A DNA stretch of 64,000 bases, taken from NCBI GenBank assembly GCA_033762915.1, contig JANRLD010000013.1, forward strand, positions 58,547 through 122,546, written 5' to 3'. Numbering within the stretch: the stretch's first letter is position 1; each line of letters begins with the position of its first letter. The stretch is from Meiothermus sp. Its GTDB lineage: Bacteria; Deinococcota; Deinococci; Deinococcales; Thermaceae. Under the pieces are notes generated by a model that worked only from the letters and a program-made list of their open reading frames with translations, searched no databases and was not told the DNA's origin. Both the position numbers and the translations under genes were made by a program. Below are positions 60,491 through 64,000 of this stretch, piece by piece.

Positions 60491-60570
60491 GCCTCGAGCA
60501 AACCCTCACTCGTACTTTGTCTCGAGCCCTCATTTGACCTCGAGCCCGTTATGCCCTAGATTTAGGTGCT

Positions 60571-61669
<1,099 letters not shown>

Positions 61670-61810
61670 GCGTCCGTGAAACGCTTGCCTGGTTGCACCA
61701 GTGCGGGCACCCGGGCCACCTCTGGCGGTCTTGCGGGTCTCCGGCGGTTCGCAAGCTGACTCGCACAACACCGCACCCCGAAAACGCGGGGAACGAGTTT
61801 CGGCCCCAAG

Positions 61811-61897
61811 GAGCGGTTCTTACGAATACTCCCTACAGCAACGCTGTAGGGAATACATTGCCTGCCGCCGCGAGGGAGGTAAGGGTGGGAAACGCGA
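61811..61897 (+). mobile_element. Repeat family A, copy 5
   Basis: GAGCGGTTCTTACGAATACTCCCTACAGC...GGTGGGAAACGCGA flanked by AAG on both sides. Confidence 0.85.
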
Positions 61898-61953
61898 AAG
61901 GTTTGTGCACAGTTGATGGAAACCGGCTGCAAACGCCGGTCGGCGGCAACAAG

Positions 61954-61981
61954 AAACCCCCGCAAACTGCGGGGGCTTTTT
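61954..61981. terminator. Bidirectional intrinsic terminator
   Basis: AAACCCCCGCA-AAC-TGCGGGGGCTTTTT. Confidence 0.75.
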
Positions 61982-61992
61982 GTGGCGGCTAT

Positions 61993-62427
61993 TCAATCGA
62001 AGAAGTCGAACAGCTTGCCCAGCTTGCTCTTCTTCTTGCCGGTGCGGCGGTAGTACTCGTCGTCGTCGGTGTCGAAGGGGTTGCGCTGGGGGTAGCCGGG
62101 CTGGCCGTAGCCCTGCTGAGGGTAGCCGGGCTGCTGAGTATAGCCCGGCTGCTGGGGCTGTTGGGGGTAGCCGGGCTGCGGGGGCTGCTGGGGGTAGCCG
62201 GGCTGCTGGGGCGGGTAACTGGCGGGTTGGGACGGACGGTACTGCTGGTCGTAGGCCTGACGGTACTGGTCTTCGACTTGGGCCACGACGGCGGTGAGCT
62301 TCTCGAGTTCGCCTGGATCGAGCCAGACCCCCCGGCACTTGGGGCACACGTCGATGTGAACCCCGTTGCGAACCACTTCGCTCATCCCCGACTCGCAGCC
62401 GGGGTTTGGACAGGTGAGTAGCGGCAT
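61993..62427 (-). CDS. zf-TFIIB-type zinc-ribbon protein with PGYPQQ low-complexity repeats
   Basis: CP..C...M....R.GV.IDVCPKCRGVWLD.GELEK; RBS GGAGGA; ends KKKSKLGKLFDFFD. Confidence 0.88.
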   Translation of the reverse strand: MPLLTCPNPGCESGMSEVVRNGVHIDVCPKCRGVWLDPGELEKLTAVVAQVEDQYRQAYDQQYRPSQPASYPPQQPGYPQQPPQPGYPQQPQQPGYTQQPGYPQQGYGQPGYPQRNPFDTDDDEYYRRTGKKKSKLGKLFDFFD

Positions 62428-62616
62428 CGTTTCCTCCGTCATCCATGTTGCCAGAACCAGCCCAGAAAACATGGGCCGGGCTGCTAGTCTTTCTCATCCG
62501 TTTTCGCTACTGTGGGAAGAAAAATCCGCAGAAGGGGGCGGTCGAACCCTTACCCCCTTGCGTCGTGCCTCGAGCGCCGAGAGCCCCGCACCTGGGAGAG
62601 GTGATCCCGCTTTGCC

Positions 62617-63807
62617 CTAACGCTGCCCCGCCTTCAGCGCCTCCACCGCCTCCAGCGCACCGGAGAGGTCGGCCTGTAGGTCCTCGAGGCTCTCGATCCC
62701 CACCGACATCCGCAGGAAGCCGTTGTGCAGCCCCAGGGCGGCCTGCTCCTCGCTTGGGATGAAGCGGTGCGAGCTGGTGAGGGGGTGGGAGAGGGTGGTG
62801 GTGGTGCCGCCCAGCGAGAGGGCCATGCGGATGTACTTAAGGTTGTGCAACAGGGCGTTGACGGCGGCGCGGGAGGGCTCGAGCTCGAACGACAGCATGG
62901 CCGCGAAGCCGTCCGTCAGCATCTCCCGGGCCACTGCGTGGTCGGGGTGCGCTGGCAGGCCGGGGTAGTGGACGCGCCGGACGGCGGGGTGGGCGGACAG
63001 GAACTGCGCCAGGGCGGCGGCGTTGGCGGAGGCCTGCCGCATCCGCACCGCCAGGGTCTCGGCCCCGCGCATCCCCAGCCAGCACTCGCCCGGGTTGGAG
63101 ACCAGGCCCATCCGCACCGCCACCGCCCGAACCGGGTCGATAAGCTCCTTGCGACCCGCGACCGCCCCCAGCATCACGTCGGAGTGGCCGGAGATGAACT
63201 TGGTCAGGCTCTCCATCACCAGGTCCACGCCGTGCTCGAGCGGCCGGCAGTGGACCGGCGAGGCGAAGGTGTTGTCCACCATCACCAGCGCCCCGGCCCG
63301 GTGCGCCAGGTCGGAGAGTCGCCGCAGGTCGGGGACGCGCAGGCGGGGGTTGGAGGAGGTCTCGAGCATCAGCAGTCGCACCCCGCCCAGCGCGGCCTCC
63401 ACCGCCGCTGGGTCGGAGGTGTCGGCGGTCTGCACCGACACCCCGAAGCGCCCCAGGTCGCGCAGCACGCCCAGGGTGGAGCCGTACAGGTCTTGCGAGG
63501 CCAGCACCCGGTCGCCCGCCCGCAGCAGGCCCAAAAAGCCCGCGCTGAGGGCGCTCATCCCGCTGGCACAGGCCACCGCGGCCTCGGCCCGGTGCAGCTT
63601 GGCGAAGAGGGCCTCGAGGGCGCGGTGGTTGGGGGTACCGTTGCGCCCGTAGACGGCCCCGGCAGTGCGCCCCTCGTACACCGCGTCTACCTCGTCCAGG
63701 TCCCGAAAGGTCCACGAGGCAGACTGGTAGATCGGCTGCGAGACCGGCTCGTTGAGGGGCTTCTCGGCTTCCGCGCCGTGCAGGGCGAGGGTGGATAGAG
63801 AGTCCAT
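62617..63807 (-). CDS. PLP-dependent trans-sulfuration enzyme (cystathionine gamma-synthase/lyase family)
   Basis: PIYQS, Y.R.G.P, SGMSA, ET.SNP, VDNTFASP, SLTKFI.GHSD, SLGG, LR.SVGIE. Confidence 0.92.
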   Translation of the reverse strand: MDSLSTLALHGAEAEKPLNEPVSQPIYQSASWTFRDLDEVDAVYEGRTAGAVYGRNGTPNHRALEALFAKLHRAEAAVACASGMSALSAGFLGLLRAGDRVLASQDLYGSTLGVLRDLGRFGVSVQTADTSDPAAVEAALGGVRLLMLETSSNPRLRVPDLRRLSDLAHRAGALVMVDNTFASPVHCRPLEHGVDLVMESLTKFISGHSDVMLGAVAGRKELIDPVRAVAVRMGLVSNPGECWLGMRGAETLAVRMRQASANAAALAQFLSAHPAVRRVHYPGLPAHPDHAVAREMLTDGFAAMLSFELEPSRAAVNALLHNLKYIRMALSLGGTTTTLSHPLTSSHRFIPSEEQAALGLHNGFLRMSVGIESLEDLQADLSGALEAVEALKAGQR

Positions 63808-63859
63808 GACTCAGTATATGTAGGGGCAAGGAAAAAAGGCTAAAGGCCATCCTCGAGCC

Positions 63860-64000
63860 CAGGGCAACCGCAAAGTCGGGTTTTTGGGAGCAACTCCGAA
63901 AGCCAGCAGGCTTAACCATGAAGTCCACCCCTACAGCGTAGGGGTGGGTAGGGCGGGGTTTGTTCCGCGCTGACCCATGTATTCGCTGACTGAATGGGCG
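63860..64000 (+). mobile_element. Left end of another family-C element (runs off the window)
   Basis: Exact TIR CAGGGCAACCGCAAAGTC at 63860-63877; the interior differs from the 35277 copy. Confidence 0.75.

Noticed and set aside
62525..62615. Possible tRNA or tRNA fragment (GGTTCGA on the minus strand)
   Set aside because: No acceptor stem, D-arm or anticodon arm could be built.

Overview
A 64-kb, GC-rich chromosomal window, most likely from a member of Deinococcota (Thermaceae, Meiothermus-like). That call rests on a CrtO ketolase close to the Deinococcus enzyme, an alpha2-type GlyRS under a T-box, many apparently leaderless TANNNT-N5-8-ATG starts and heavy CTCGAG over-use. Bases 0.9-19.1 kb form a cell-surface locus: three lipoproteins with a dimethylformamidase large-subunit-like (DmfA2) domain and a G8/TMEM2-like beta-helix lipoprotein surround a Wzx/Wzy polysaccharide operon (DegT aminotransferase, flippase, polymerase, two GT4). 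Next come crtO, a GT28 glycolipid synthase, an S8 protease lipoprotein, a MarR/epimerase pair and aceEF. An accessory patch follows: a pilin-like lipoprotein and its decayed paralogue, RES-Xre and ParE-type TA modules, an AT-rich lipoprotein and a large DUF11 surface lipoprotein. The right half holds an Lsa-like ABC-F with an attenuator-like leader, UvrD-family helicase, polyferredoxin, beta-helix protein, esterase, znuCB, iscR-iscS, a GGDEF protein, beta-carbonic anhydrase, uppP, a Uma2 pseudogene, T-box-glyQS, an HNH pseudogene, a second TA pair, frameshifted prfB, a Zn-ribbon protein and a trans-sulfuration enzyme. At least three families of short palindromic mobile repeats are present; some show target duplications and nested insertion, and one probably sits in frame inside the helicase. 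No rRNA, tRNA or CRISPR array was found. All family calls come from motif recognition by eye; no database searches were run.
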